Shown: in pieces, positions 40,976 to 51,518 of the stretch
Layout: the number at the start of each line of letters is the position of its first letter
Position numbering within the stretch: the first letter of the stretch is position 1
Source of the DNA: Limisphaerales bacterium
GTDB taxonomy: Bacteria > Verrucomicrobiota > Verrucomicrobiia > Limisphaerales > JAJOIW01
Length of the DNA: 64,000 nucleotides
NCBI GenBank assembly: GCA_965657355.1
Contig: CBFHOE010000003.1
Span: forward strand, 309,520-373,519
Reading direction: 5' to 3'
The notes under the pieces: generated by a model
Told to the model about the DNA's origin: nothing
The model's database searches: none
What the model saw: the letters and a program-made list of their open reading frames with translations, nothing else
Translations under genes and position numbers: made by a program

Positions 40976-41773
40976 ATGATTCTACCCCAGGTTAATAATA
41001 TGAATAAAATTTTTGTCTTAATTGTCGTGTTTCTAGTCTGCAGTTTGAGCCAGGCCCAAGATAAACCAGGTTATCGTGATACTCCGACCATTCCCGGTCA
41101 AAAATGGAAAGTTCATGATCCTGACAGGCCTCAACCCAATGTGGTTCAGCCAGGCAAATCATTCAGTGAAAATGCCAAGGCTCCATCCGATGCTCTCGTA
41201 CTTTTTGATGGGTCCAATTTAGACAAATGGAGGGGTGGAAAATGGAAGGTTCAAGACGGCTTCATGGAAGTCACAAAAGGTCAGATTTCCACAGACCTTC
41301 CATGGAGGGATTTTCAACTTCACCTCGAGTGGGCATCACCTGCAGTTGTAAAGGGTAATAGTCAAGGTCGAGGTAATAGTGGTTTGTTTCTTCCTGGCCG
41401 GCATGAAATTCAAATTTTGGATAGTTTTGAAAATCCAACTTATCCTGACGGGTCGGCTGGGTCCTTATATGGCCAGTGGCCACCCCTAGTTAATGCCTCG
41501 CGTGGGCCTGGAAAATGGCAAACTTACGATGTAATTTTCGAAGCCCCCAAATGGGACGCCAATGATAAACTTATTTCTCCAGGTTTCGTGACTCTTCTTC
41601 ACAATGGTGTTTTGGTTCATCACAAGAAAGCATACAACGGGCCAACAAGTCACAAAAGGGCATCGGATTACAAACGCGTCCAAAACAGTCGCACGATCTC
41701 TTTGCAAGACCATGGTAACCCGATGAAGTTTAGAAATATTTGGGCCAGATCCATCGATGCATACGATAACTAA
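40976..41773 (+). CDS. DUF1080 (3-keto-disaccharide hydrolase family) protein
   Basis: LFDG.NL..W, DFQLHLEW, GNSG, EIQILDS, WQTYDV.F and LQDHG.P..FRNIW. Confidence 0.9.
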   Translation: MILPQVNNMNKIFVLIVVFLVCSLSQAQDKPGYRDTPTIPGQKWKVHDPDRPQPNVVQPGKSFSENAKAPSDALVLFDGSNLDKWRGGKWKVQDGFMEVTKGQISTDLPWRDFQLHLEWASPAVVKGNSQGRGNSGLFLPGRHEIQILDSFENPTYPDGSAGSLYGQWPPLVNASRGPGKWQTYDVIFEAPKWDANDKLISPGFVTLLHNGVLVHHKKAYNGPTSHKRASDYKRVQNSRTISLQDHGNPMKFRNIWARSIDAYDN

Positions 41774-41830
41774 TCTGTTCAAATTGGATAACGAGTCTTT
41801 TATTTCAATTTCTTAGCTGCATGACTTGAA

Positions 41831-43384
41831 GTGAAAGGAACCGAGATAAACATATGTCAAAGGCCAATTTGGGAAAGACAAAGAATTCCAAATTGGTTTC
41901 TTTTTATATTCATATTCAGCCAATTAGCATTTTTCCAGGCACTCAAACTGAAGGGTGATCCCCCTAATATCGTTTTTATTATCGCGGATGATATGGAGTG
42001 GGATGATGCTGGTTGTTACGGGCATTCTGTAGTCCGTACACCAAATCTGGATAAGATGGCGGCTGAGGGTATGCTGTTTAGCCATGGCTTTGTGACAAGT
42101 AGCTCATGTAGCCCAAGTAGAGCCAGCATAATCACTGGAAAATATCCCCATAATACTGGAGCAGAGGAACTTCATTGGCCTGTTCCTGCGGGTCAGAAGA
42201 CTTTTGTTGAAGAGCTTAAAGAAAATGGGTATTGGACGGGTGCCGCGGGCAAATGGCATTTGGGCGAGGCCATGAAGTCTCGCTTTGACGAGGTCATGGA
42301 AGTTGACACTTCAGGTTTCCAACTGCCTTCTGGTGAGAAAGGGTTATCAGGAAAGTTTAAACAAACATATCAAGGTGATGCTCGCAGTGGTTGCACCGAT
42401 TGGATTCCATTGTTTAAAAAGCGGCCGAAAGGAAAGCCATTTTTTCTCTGGCTGGCAGCACTGGACCCACATCGTCCTTATGATAAAAATGCCATCCCCA
42501 ATCCTCATAAACCAGAGGATGTGCTCATTTCTCCTTATCACCCTGATTTACCGTCGGTAAGAGAAGACTACGCTCTCTACTACGATGAAGTGACTCGATT
42601 GGATTTTTTTGTCGGGAAAGTTATCGATCAATTGAGTATTGAAGGATTGGAGCAAAATACTTTTATTTTATTTATTAGCGACAATGGCAAACCTTTTCCT
42701 CGAGATAAAACAACTCTCTATGATAGTGGAATAAGGTCCCCATGGATAATAAAATGGCCAAAAAATGTGCGGCCTGGAACGCGGAGTAAAAGCTTGGTGA
42801 GTTCGATTGATATTGCGCCGACTTTTCTGGACATAGCAGGCGTCAAACCTCATGAGCGATATTCAGGAAAGAGCATGCTCCCGTTGATAAAAAACCCAGA
42901 TGATAAGATTCGAGAATACATCTTTGCGGAAAAAAATTGGCATGATTATGAAGATCACTCGCGAGCAGTTCGGGATAGTCGGTATAAACTGATTGTGAAT
43001 AGTTACGTTGATTTACCCAATACCCCACCGGCTGACGCTGTGCGAAGTCCCATTTTTCAATCCATGTTAAAATTGTATAACGAAGGTAGTCTTGAAATTT
43101 CTAAACAACAGATCTTCCTGAAACCCAGGCCTGGTTTGGAGCTTTACGATACCAAAGTTGATCCCTTTGAACTTAATAATCTCGCCGGGCGTATTCCGTA
43201 TCTTGAAATTCAGAAAAGACTATCTTTAGCATTAAATAAATGGGTTGCTGAAACGGGCGATTATGTTCCTAGTTTAAGGACAGCTGATGAGTTTGATCGT
43301 GAGACTGGCAAGCCGACGCCAGCCCGTGTTCGGCCACGTTTATCTAAAATCCAAATGCAGTCCAAAGGGTTGACGGCTCCTTGA
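41831..43384 (+). CDS. Sulfatase, N-sulfoglucosamine sulfohydrolase-like
   Basis: IADD, CSPSRASIITG.YPH, GKWH, DPHRPY, SDNG.PFPR.K and ELYD...DP.E..NLA. Confidence 0.9.
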   Translation: MKGTEINICQRPIWERQRIPNWFLFIFIFSQLAFFQALKLKGDPPNIVFIIADDMEWDDAGCYGHSVVRTPNLDKMAAEGMLFSHGFVTSSSCSPSRASIITGKYPHNTGAEELHWPVPAGQKTFVEELKENGYWTGAAGKWHLGEAMKSRFDEVMEVDTSGFQLPSGEKGLSGKFKQTYQGDARSGCTDWIPLFKKRPKGKPFFLWLAALDPHRPYDKNAIPNPHKPEDVLISPYHPDLPSVREDYALYYDEVTRLDFFVGKVIDQLSIEGLEQNTFILFISDNGKPFPRDKTTLYDSGIRSPWIIKWPKNVRPGTRSKSLVSSIDIAPTFLDIAGVKPHERYSGKSMLPLIKNPDDKIREYIFAEKNWHDYEDHSRAVRDSRYKLIVNSYVDLPNTPPADAVRSPIFQSMLKLYNEGSLEISKQQIFLKPRPGLELYDTKVDPFELNNLAGRIPYLEIQKRLSLALNKWVAETGDYVPSLRTADEFDRETGKPTPARVRPRLSKIQMQSKGLTAP

Positions 43385-43406
43385 TTAACATGAACATGCT
43401 GAAACA

Positions 43407-43745
43407 ATGATAAATTTAAAATGGCTTTCCCGGATTTTTTTTATAGCCCTTATTCACATTTTTTTGAGTTGCCAGACCAATCCCTTAAAAAGCGAAATTG
43501 GTAAAATGACATCCCAACAGGCGAAGCTAAGATTTGGATCACCTGATGAAACAAACCAGTTGCCTTCCGGATTTCTAGAACTTAGTTGGTTTATTTCATC
43601 TGAATTCGGAAGTTTGAGAAAGCAAGTCATGACATTTAATGACAAAGGGTTGCTCGCTGATGTAAGATCCTACTACGTAGGGGAAGTAACTCCTCCCCTT
43701 GGGCCCGTATTTACCGACAAATATGAACGATCTGTTCTTGAATAG
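43407..43745 (+). CDS. Small lipoprotein
   Basis: Lipobox FLSC and 'MT.QQA..RFG.PD' (BamE/SmpA-like fold possible). Confidence 0.6.
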   Translation: MINLKWLSRIFFIALIHIFLSCQTNPLKSEIGKMTSQQAKLRFGSPDETNQLPSGFLELSWFISSEFGSLRKQVMTFNDKGLLADVRSYYVGEVTPPLGPVFTDKYERSVLE

Positions 43746-43766
43746 AAACTGCTAAAAGAATTTCAA

Positions 43767-46700
43767 ATGAAACAAATACATATCGTTGCCTTCATACTTT
43801 TTTTATTTCCGAAAATCATATTTTCCCAATCAGATTCCGATCCAACCTTTCCAATAACAGCCGACGGTTTCACCGTCCAATTATTTGCCAGGGATCCAAT
43901 GGTCCGCAATCCTTGCGCTATTACCTTTGACGCCCAGGGCCGGCTTACAGTGGGAATGGGACCTCAATACCGGAAACCAAAACCCGAGACTCCCGGCGAC
44001 AGCGTTTATATATTGGAGGATACAAACAATGATGGAGAGGCCGACCGAAAAATTGAATTTGCTACCGGATTCAACAACATACAAGGCTTATTGTGGGACC
44101 GGGATCAGCTCTACATTGCCAATGCTCCCGACTTCACAGTGGTTAGAGATATCGACAATGATGGTAAAGCTGATGTTTATACCAAACTGTATACTGATTT
44201 GGGCAATCTTGAGCACGGATTGCATGGGCTCAACTGGGGGCCTGATGGGTATCTCTATATGTCAAAGGGTAATTCAAAAGGTTTAACCCAGCCCCCCAAC
44301 AGGATCGCTCCAGGCCCCTTCCGTAAACTTTGGGGCATTGATGTCGATGGGCTTCCCGATTTTCCTGATCCCAAAACATACTCCGGGACTGAATACAAAA
44401 GGGCCTTTCATGATCCTTCCGACGACTGGGGGAGGCAGGGAGGTATTTTGAGGTGTCAGCCCGATGGGAGCGGATTAGAGATCTTTGCTGCAGGATTCAG
44501 AAACCCGTGGGATATTGCCTTCGATAGCTCCTTTAATTGGCTTGGAACGGATAATGACCAAAATTTAGGAGATAAGATATTTTCCCCTTTTTATGGTGCT
44601 CACTTTGGATGGGGGCACGAATGGAGTTCTGATTGGGCCGGTGAAAATCATCTGCCTACGTTACCTCGCAATGGGCCTTTATTCGAAGGCTCTGGGACAG
44701 GCGTTACTTGGTGGAACCCCGATGGTGTGCCCGATGAATACAAGGGCGTCTTTCTCATTAATGATTGGTTGACTCGGGAGGTCCTGGTTTACAAGCCCGA
44801 ATGGGATGGTGCTCGTATGAGACCGAGTAAGACACCACTTGAAATTCTGGCGACAGCTGAAAGAGGAAGAGATATGTCGCGAAGCGATGGGAGAAGTTTT
44901 GATCCTGTCGATATAGAAATAGGACCGGATGGCTCAATTTATATTTCAAGTTGGGGTCGTGAATATGGTGCTGTATTCAAAGATAATAAATTTTCCAATG
45001 AAGGCAGGATTTATAAATTAACTCATTCCGATTTGAAAATGAGAAGTCCGGTTGTTCCTTCAAAGTTTACATCTCTTACCAATGATGCATTGATTGGATT
45101 GTTTGCTGACGAACATATCCAAGTTCGACTTAGGTTGCTCCAACAAGAACTCATAAAAAGGATCAAGAGTGGAGATCTTGAAGTTGCGAGTACCTTCGAT
45201 CATGACCTTCCGGAGAAGACCAGGACTTGGTTGATTCATGCGGCTTCTCTTGCCGGTGATACAACGTTTTTAAGAGGTGAATTGAATCGATCCAATCTAT
45301 TGGATAAGAAGCGCGAACAAACTCTTATCCAGGTTATTCGTAGTTTATCCAAACAAGATTTCATAGATTCAAAAGTATTCTTCATGTCTGTTGTCGGCTC
45401 CGATTATAAACGTGTTTCCCATGAGATATGTGTGGGGGTCCATCGGCATAAGCTCCCTTGGCACCAGCTGTTGGTTAAAGCCTTGTCAGAAGAAACCGAC
45501 CGTTTGGTATATTACACTGCCTGGCGCGCGTTGGGTGAAATTTGTTCACAGAAGGAATTAATTGCTTACACCAAAGCAAGTCATCCAAGGGTCAGGTTAG
45601 GGGCTTTACTCGGTTTGCTTGAAGAGGATATGGGGTCTGACGAGGTCGTCTCTCACCTTACAAAAGACCCTGACTCAATTGTCGCTAATATCGCTAAGAA
45701 ATGGATGTCAGGGAAGGATTCATACGTCATTAAAGGAAAACCTTTATTGGTAAACTCTGCGTTGAAACCTGATGCCAAAGAGTCCAGAGAACTCTACACA
45801 GTTTTTATCAATGGCGCTCCGAAAATTTATGCAAAACAAAGTTCAGGAGAATTTTCATGGAGCCTAGTAGAGGAAGGCGCTGAAACATACACGGACCGAT
45901 CATATGCGCTGAAAAACGTGCCGGAAAAATTTTGCGGGATGTTACTTCTAAAGACTTCCAATGCAGACGATAGGAACAAGGATGTAAAATTGAATATGAC
46001 AATAGACAAGAACGCCAGTCTCTACGTCTGTCATGATAGACGCGTTCCGAAAAAGTATCACCCTCAATGGCTAAGGTCATTTAAAAAACTGGACCACATA
46101 ATCACGAATGAGGATAGTGAGTTTGACATATTTTACAAAGATGTCTCACCTGGAGAGATTGCTTTGGGAGCAAACTGGGAGGGCACAGAAAACCCGACTT
46201 GGTCACAAGCCCAATATTTTGTTTTTATGGATATTCCAGGGTTTACTGTGACTCGGAAAAAATCTGAAACTAATATCGAAGATTCTATCAAGCTTTTGGC
46301 AAGCGCTGACAAACAAAGAGGAAAGAATTTATTTTTTAACAGAGACGGCGCTGCTTGCGCAAAGTGTCACAGGCTTGAGGGTGTCGGGAATGCCTTTGCT
46401 CCAGATCTCAATGATATAGGTAAAAGAGTATCCGCCGAATTTATTGTCCAATCTATAATTGACCCCGATGCGCACATCACAGAGGGTTTTCATCAGTCAG
46501 TCATTGAGACTAAGGGCGGAGGTGTTTATTCAGGGATTTTGCTCAGCGAATCAGGTCGTAATGTCCGCGTGGCACTGATGAGTGGAGACTTGGTTTCCGT
46601 CCCAACCCTTGATATTTCATCGAGGACTGTATTAAAGGCATCTGGAATGCCCTCGTATTTTAAGGCACTGCTTTCCTCGAGAGACGTGGCTGACATCACG

Positions 46701-47594
46701 GCGTATTTGCTTTCAGCTTCAACAGCTCAGAGCGATGTGATCGAAGGTGGTAGCTGGAGAATTGAGAAGTCTGCTGAAAAACTGGATATTTTCTACCAAC
46801 GGAAATTGATTGCAACATATGTTATGCAACATCCCAAATTAACACGGCCTGCTCTAGTGAATGTGCATACTTTATCAGGCGAGCCAGTGACCCGGAAGTT
46901 TCCCGCAGGACCAGATGCAGACCATCAGTATATGCATCCTGGGTTATCCGTGAGCTTTGGCTGGATCAGTGGAAATGACTACTGGAGAATGAAATCTCCA
47001 GTCAATCACATTGGTTTTGTCAAGCAACCAGCTATTGAAAATGGAGTTCTAGAGTTTGAAGTGAAAAACGCTTATTTATCCAAGAACCAAAAGGCAACTA
47101 TTTGTTTTGAACTTCTTAATCTGAAATTAAAACCATTGAAAAAGGGGCAACTCCATGTTTCCTGGAACTCGAAATTCTACAACGACCAAAACTCGTTCAT
47201 ATTCGGTGATCAAGAGGAATCAGGTCTAGCTTTCCGCATTTCTGAGGATTTGAATGTTAAAAGTGGAAACGGAAGGATTACTAATGATATGGGTATGAGT
47301 AATGGTTCTGGGACTTGGGGAAAACCCTTTTCTTGGATAGAATATTCCGGCATCCGAAATAAAAAGAGAATCGGAGCGATAATCAAGCCCAGGCCTACTA
47401 ATCAAAGAAAGTGCTGGGCCCATAGCCGTGACTACGGAGTGTTAGTTGCCAATCCATTTCCAAGACAGGATCGAGAACAGAGGACTCCGCTCAGGCCAAC
47501 TCAAATTGCCGAGAAATCCGTATACGACCTGTCTTATGAGATGATCATATTCGAATCTTCCCCCGAGATTTTGGCGGACAGGGTTTGGAAATAA
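43767..47594 (+). CDS. PVC-type membrane-bound dehydrogenase with heme-binding cytochrome c domain and C-terminal PmoA-like (PF14100-type) domain
   Basis: 'F.VQLFA.DP.V.NP', D..DG.AD repeats, GFRNPW, HEAT-like helices, 'RGK.LF....CAKCH...G...PDL...S.MP', and C-terminal 'DH..MH.GL' and 'FGDQEESGL..R'. Confidence 0.85.
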   Translation: MKQIHIVAFILFLFPKIIFSQSDSDPTFPITADGFTVQLFARDPMVRNPCAITFDAQGRLTVGMGPQYRKPKPETPGDSVYILEDTNNDGEADRKIEFATGFNNIQGLLWDRDQLYIANAPDFTVVRDIDNDGKADVYTKLYTDLGNLEHGLHGLNWGPDGYLYMSKGNSKGLTQPPNRIAPGPFRKLWGIDVDGLPDFPDPKTYSGTEYKRAFHDPSDDWGRQGGILRCQPDGSGLEIFAAGFRNPWDIAFDSSFNWLGTDNDQNLGDKIFSPFYGAHFGWGHEWSSDWAGENHLPTLPRNGPLFEGSGTGVTWWNPDGVPDEYKGVFLINDWLTREVLVYKPEWDGARMRPSKTPLEILATAERGRDMSRSDGRSFDPVDIEIGPDGSIYISSWGREYGAVFKDNKFSNEGRIYKLTHSDLKMRSPVVPSKFTSLTNDALIGLFADEHIQVRLRLLQQELIKRIKSGDLEVASTFDHDLPEKTRTWLIHAASLAGDTTFLRGELNRSNLLDKKREQTLIQVIRSLSKQDFIDSKVFFMSVVGSDYKRVSHEICVGVHRHKLPWHQLLVKALSEETDRLVYYTAWRALGEICSQKELIAYTKASHPRVRLGALLGLLEEDMGSDEVVSHLTKDPDSIVANIAKKWMSGKDSYVIKGKPLLVNSALKPDAKESRELYTVFINGAPKIYAKQSSGEFSWSLVEEGAETYTDRSYALKNVPEKFCGMLLLKTSNADDRNKDVKLNMTIDKNASLYVCHDRRVPKKYHPQWLRSFKKLDHIITNEDSEFDIFYKDVSPGEIALGANWEGTENPTWSQAQYFVFMDIPGFTVTRKKSETNIEDSIKLLASADKQRGKNLFFNRDGAACAKCHRLEGVGNAFAPDLNDIGKRVSAEFIVQSIIDPDAHITEGFHQSVIETKGGGVYSGILLSESGRNVRVALMSGDLVSVPTLDISSRTVLKASGMPSYFKALLSSRDVADITAYLLSASTAQSDVIEGGSWRIEKSAEKLDIFYQRKLIATYVMQHPKLTRPALVNVHTLSGEPVTRKFPAGPDADHQYMHPGLSVSFGWISGNDYWRMKSPVNHIGFVKQPAIENGVLEFEVKNAYLSKNQKATICFELLNLKLKPLKKGQLHVSWNSKFYNDQNSFIFGDQEESGLAFRISEDLNVKSGNGRITNDMGMSNGSGTWGKPFSWIEYSGIRNKKRIGAIIKPRPTNQRKCWAHSRDYGVLVANPFPRQDREQRTPLRPTQIAEKSVYDLSYEMIIFESSPEILADRVWK

Positions 47595-47662
47595 ATTATC
47601 TTATTTTAAATCGATTTTATATGACCTTTTCATGGCCCCCCAAACCTGGTTAATTGTAAGCG

Positions 47663-48472
47663 ATGGCTTCTTCTGATCTTCCCGGAAAAGGATGGATATT
47701 ATCTACAGATTTTGACGGTACTCTTTTAGACTCGAACACCCCACCAAGGGTGGACTCCAAATTGACCAGTTGGATTTCAGCGTTTCGAGAGAGAGGCGGT
47801 ATTTGGACGATAAATACGGGAAGAGAACTACCATATCTCACCGCAGGCCTTAGACAGTCGAAAATGGGGATTGTTCCCGACTATGCCATTGTCGTTGAGA
47901 GAGAAATTTATAAATTTGATCATGGGGATTATGAGCCGGTGTTTCCATGGTTTGAGCAATGTTGCGACCATCATGCCAAGATTTTTGAGGTTCACAATCA
48001 TCGATGGGGGGATCTGAAAAGTTGGATCGCTACGAACGCAAGTGCTGTGACCTATCAGGACAAATACTCCCCATTTTCTGTCATAGCCGATGATGAGGAG
48101 CAGGCGAGCAAGATTCATCGCAAGATGGAATTGGCTGCGCAAGATATGGAAAAAATCATATATGTCCACAACACGATCTATGGGAGGTTTGCGCATGAGG
48201 ATTATCACAAAGGCTCGGCTTTAAAGGAATTATCAAGAATCAACTCAATTCCGATTGATCGAGTTATTTCTGCCGGGGACCACTGGAATGATTTCTCCAT
48301 GTTCGATAATACGATTTCCGGTTATTGGATAGCTCCCGGAAATGCCATTTCAGATCTCAAGGATCATATTCTAAAGCATCCACGGGGTTACGTTGCAAAA
48401 AATACTAGTAGTTTGGGAATTCTCGAGGCACTTTCATTTTTCTTCCCTGAGCTCCAAAGTGAAAAAATATGA
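47663..48472 (+). CDS. HAD-superfamily hydrolase, subfamily IIB
   Basis: DFDGTL, NTGR, KG.AL and GDHWND..M. Confidence 0.88.
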   Translation: MASSDLPGKGWILSTDFDGTLLDSNTPPRVDSKLTSWISAFRERGGIWTINTGRELPYLTAGLRQSKMGIVPDYAIVVEREIYKFDHGDYEPVFPWFEQCCDHHAKIFEVHNHRWGDLKSWIATNASAVTYQDKYSPFSVIADDEEQASKIHRKMELAAQDMEKIIYVHNTIYGRFAHEDYHKGSALKELSRINSIPIDRVISAGDHWNDFSMFDNTISGYWIAPGNAISDLKDHILKHPRGYVAKNTSSLGILEALSFFFPELQSEKI

Positions 48473-48594
48473 GATAATCAGGTGGTTTCGATTGACATCA
48501 GATCCGACTTAAGATCATTTATTAATGTCCCTTCAATGTTGCTAGATCATGCCTGTGGCGGATCTAATGACTTACGGAAAGATATACAGAAATA

Positions 48595-50421
48595 ATGAGC
48601 GAATCATCGGTTCCTACCGCAAAAGAGTCAGACCAAGCCCTCGACAAAACGATATCAGAAGTTGTTATACGAATAGCTGGAAATTCACAAGATGGCATCC
48701 AATCCATCGGTGGATTCCTCGCCCGGCTAGCGGGAAGAAGTGAACAGGAGGTCATGACCTTCATGACCATCCCCGCGACCATCTCGGGTGGGCCGTCGGT
48801 TTTCCAAGTAAGGATCGGGAGTGGCGAGGTGATGAGCCCAGGTGACCTCTCCGATGTTCTTCTCGCATTTTACGACCACAGCTATGAAAAGCATATAGGT
48901 CAATTAAAGAAGGGTGGGCTTGTTTTATACGATAGTGATCACGTTGAACCTAATCCTGAATGGACGGATGAGTATGCGCACGTTGGAGTGCCAATATCTA
49001 CTTTGACCATTGAAGCCATCGGAGGCACAGCCAAAGACAAGGGTAAAAATTTATTTGCATTGGGACTCATCTCCAAGGTCTTCCAACTCGATTCGGATAA
49101 GATTATACGATTGATGACGGAAAGATTTGGGTCCAAGGGAGAAAGTATACTTAAGACGGCGCTCAATGCCTTTCATGCAGGATATGCCTATGAAGTCGGT
49201 GACCTAATAGCGACTTACAAATTTACAGAACCTGAAAAGAGAGATAAAGACCAGGTTGTTTGCAGCGGCAATGAAGCTTTAGCTTACGGTTTGATCGCTG
49301 CGGGTGTCCGTTTTGGCGCTGGGTATCCCATCACCCCCTGGTCAGACATCATGGAGCTACTTCGAAGAGAGTTGCCCAAATATGGGGGCATGTTCATACA
49401 AGGCGAGGATGAGATTGCCTCCGTCGCCATGGCCATTGGATCCAGTTATTCTGGGGGGGTAGCTGTCACTGGCTCTAGCGGTCCGGGTATAGCTCTTAAA
49501 TCCGAAGCCATCGGTTGGGCAGTCATGGCCGAGGTGCCATTAGTGATTTGTGATATTCAAAGAGGAGGTCCGTCTACTGGTCTTCCAACTAGCGTCGAGC
49601 AATCCGATCTCAATATTGCCTGTTTTGGTGGTCATGGTGATTCTCCACGGGTAGTGGTCGCTCCCTCGGATGTGGAGGATTGTTTCTACACAGCAATCGA
49701 TGCAGTAAACATCGCAAAGAAATATAGTGTCCCTGTGTTTATACTTAGTGATCAGTCCATAGCATCAAGGATTGAGGCTTTTTCTGAACCGGATCTCGAA
49801 GGCTTATGCCAAGAAATCAGGCCTGATTTCTCACCTGTTCCATCTCACAAGCCATATGACCTGAGTGACCCATCTGGTGTGAGCCAACATTTACCTCCTG
49901 GAACCCGTATAGAAGATGGAAAATACCCGGTTTTGACTGGGCTTGAGCACGATGAAATGGGGCACCCAGCAGGCTCCCCGGAGCTGCACAAAAAAATGTC
50001 AGCAAAAAGACGCCAGAAATTAATTTCATTGGCTGGCGAGCTCCCACTTCCCAAAATTCATGGTTCTGACTCAGGAGATGTTTTGTTATTGGCTTGGGGG
50101 TCAAGTTTCGGACCTGTACGCGAAGCTGTCAAAGCAAGTGCCTCTCACTCCTCGATAAGCCTGAGCTGCGCGTGTATTCGCCACATCAATCCGCTGCCTG
50201 ATGGTTTGGATCAATTAATTGACAAGTTTGCGCACGTGTTTGTGGTCGAGCTCAATGATGAAGGAATCAATGGTTATGGGCAGCTCTGTTCGATATTAAG
50301 AGCGAAATACTGTAATCCTAAAATCAAGGGGATCAGTAAAACTGATGGACTGACCTTTAAGATCCAAGAAATCCTTGATGCGGTATCGGATAAAGTCGCT
50401 ATGGCCGAAGCGGCCCAATAA
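48595..50421 (+). CDS. korA: 2-oxoacid:ferredoxin oxidoreductase alpha subunit
   Basis: AG.SQDGIQ gamma domain, GNEA, GYPITP, EDEIAS and QRGGPSTGLPT. Confidence 0.9.
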   Translation: MSESSVPTAKESDQALDKTISEVVIRIAGNSQDGIQSIGGFLARLAGRSEQEVMTFMTIPATISGGPSVFQVRIGSGEVMSPGDLSDVLLAFYDHSYEKHIGQLKKGGLVLYDSDHVEPNPEWTDEYAHVGVPISTLTIEAIGGTAKDKGKNLFALGLISKVFQLDSDKIIRLMTERFGSKGESILKTALNAFHAGYAYEVGDLIATYKFTEPEKRDKDQVVCSGNEALAYGLIAAGVRFGAGYPITPWSDIMELLRRELPKYGGMFIQGEDEIASVAMAIGSSYSGGVAVTGSSGPGIALKSEAIGWAVMAEVPLVICDIQRGGPSTGLPTSVEQSDLNIACFGGHGDSPRVVVAPSDVEDCFYTAIDAVNIAKKYSVPVFILSDQSIASRIEAFSEPDLEGLCQEIRPDFSPVPSHKPYDLSDPSGVSQHLPPGTRIEDGKYPVLTGLEHDEMGHPAGSPELHKKMSAKRRQKLISLAGELPLPKIHGSDSGDVLLLAWGSSFGPVREAVKASASHSSISLSCACIRHINPLPDGLDQLIDKFAHVFVVELNDEGINGYGQLCSILRAKYCNPKIKGISKTDGLTFKIQEILDAVSDKVAMAEAAQ

Positions 50422-50457
50422 TAAGTAAAAATTAAAAGTCTAGAATTTTAAAAAATA

Positions 50458-51369
50458 ATGAGTGTTACAGATAATTCGCCTAAGGTCACCGATCAAAACA
50501 GGGCTCCGGTAACTAAAAAAGACCTCACCGCAGACCATCCTACTTGGTGTCCAGGTTGCGGTGATTTTTCAGTGCTTGCATTTTATTACAAGTTGTTGAC
50601 TAAGAGGCAGGTTGCTCACGAAAAAGTAACGACAGTGGCGGGTATTGGTTGCTCAAGCCGATTCCCTTATTTTGTTCAGGCGCACGGTGTCCATTTCATT
50701 CATGGGAGGGCTTTGCCCTTTGCATCTGGAGTTTCTTTATCCAGACCTGATTTACACGTTTTTGCTTTCGGGGGTGATGGTGATGCCTTTTCAATAGGGG
50801 GAAACCACCTCAACCACACAGCTCGCAGGAATGTGAAAATGACCTACGTCATCATGGATAATTATGTCTATGGGCTCACCAAAAAACAGACCTCCCCGAC
50901 CTCTCCTGTGGGATTCAAATCTAAAACAGATGTGTGGGGGTCCAAAGATCGTCCTATTAATCCAATGAAGCAGTTGATCTCAAGCGGAGCAACCTTTGTA
51001 GCTCGGGCCACTCACTCAAAGCCAAACCACCTCCTCCAAATGATGGAAGCGGCTATGGATCATGACGGATTCAGTGTTATCGAATGCTTATCCGAGTGTG
51101 TCGAATTTTATCCCGGTGCTTTCGATGCCTCCAATACTAGGAAAGGTGGAGAATTCAATTTGGTGCCAGACGATCATGATGTGACTGATGAACATGCAGC
51201 GTATGCTCTTGCTGGAGAACCTTTTCCCGGTTATTTTGGCATATATTATAAGCAGGATGTTCAGACAAAAAATCAGAATGAGGCCGAGATCATAAAACCC
51301 ATTCATGAAAAGTTTTCCGATAAATCCCCTGCCGAGATACTTCAGCTCTCTTTCAACCGGATGAAGTAA
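50458..51369 (+). CDS. korB: 2-oxoacid:ferredoxin oxidoreductase beta subunit
   Basis: WCPGCGD, GIGCSSR, HGRALP and TPP motif GGDGD...N.VYGLTK.Q.SPT. Confidence 0.92.
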   Translation: MSVTDNSPKVTDQNRAPVTKKDLTADHPTWCPGCGDFSVLAFYYKLLTKRQVAHEKVTTVAGIGCSSRFPYFVQAHGVHFIHGRALPFASGVSLSRPDLHVFAFGGDGDAFSIGGNHLNHTARRNVKMTYVIMDNYVYGLTKKQTSPTSPVGFKSKTDVWGSKDRPINPMKQLISSGATFVARATHSKPNHLLQMMEAAMDHDGFSVIECLSECVEFYPGAFDASNTRKGGEFNLVPDDHDVTDEHAAYALAGEPFPGYFGIYYKQDVQTKNQNEAEIIKPIHEKFSDKSPAEILQLSFNRMK

Positions 51370-51518
51370 AATCTTTTTTTGATTTACTCGAGGGTATTTA
51401 AGTTAAGAACTCAAATAGTTGAGTTTACAATTTGTGGCTTTCCATTAATTTAACAGTTTTGGAGTCATTCTCACTCATATTTTGTAACGAATCTCAAAAA
51501 TTATAGTCCTATAGTCAA

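Noticed and set aside
46750..47594. 'PmoA' domain as evidence for methanotrophy
   Set aside because: Soluble domain with no TM helices and no pmoB or pmoC; the family name is misleading.
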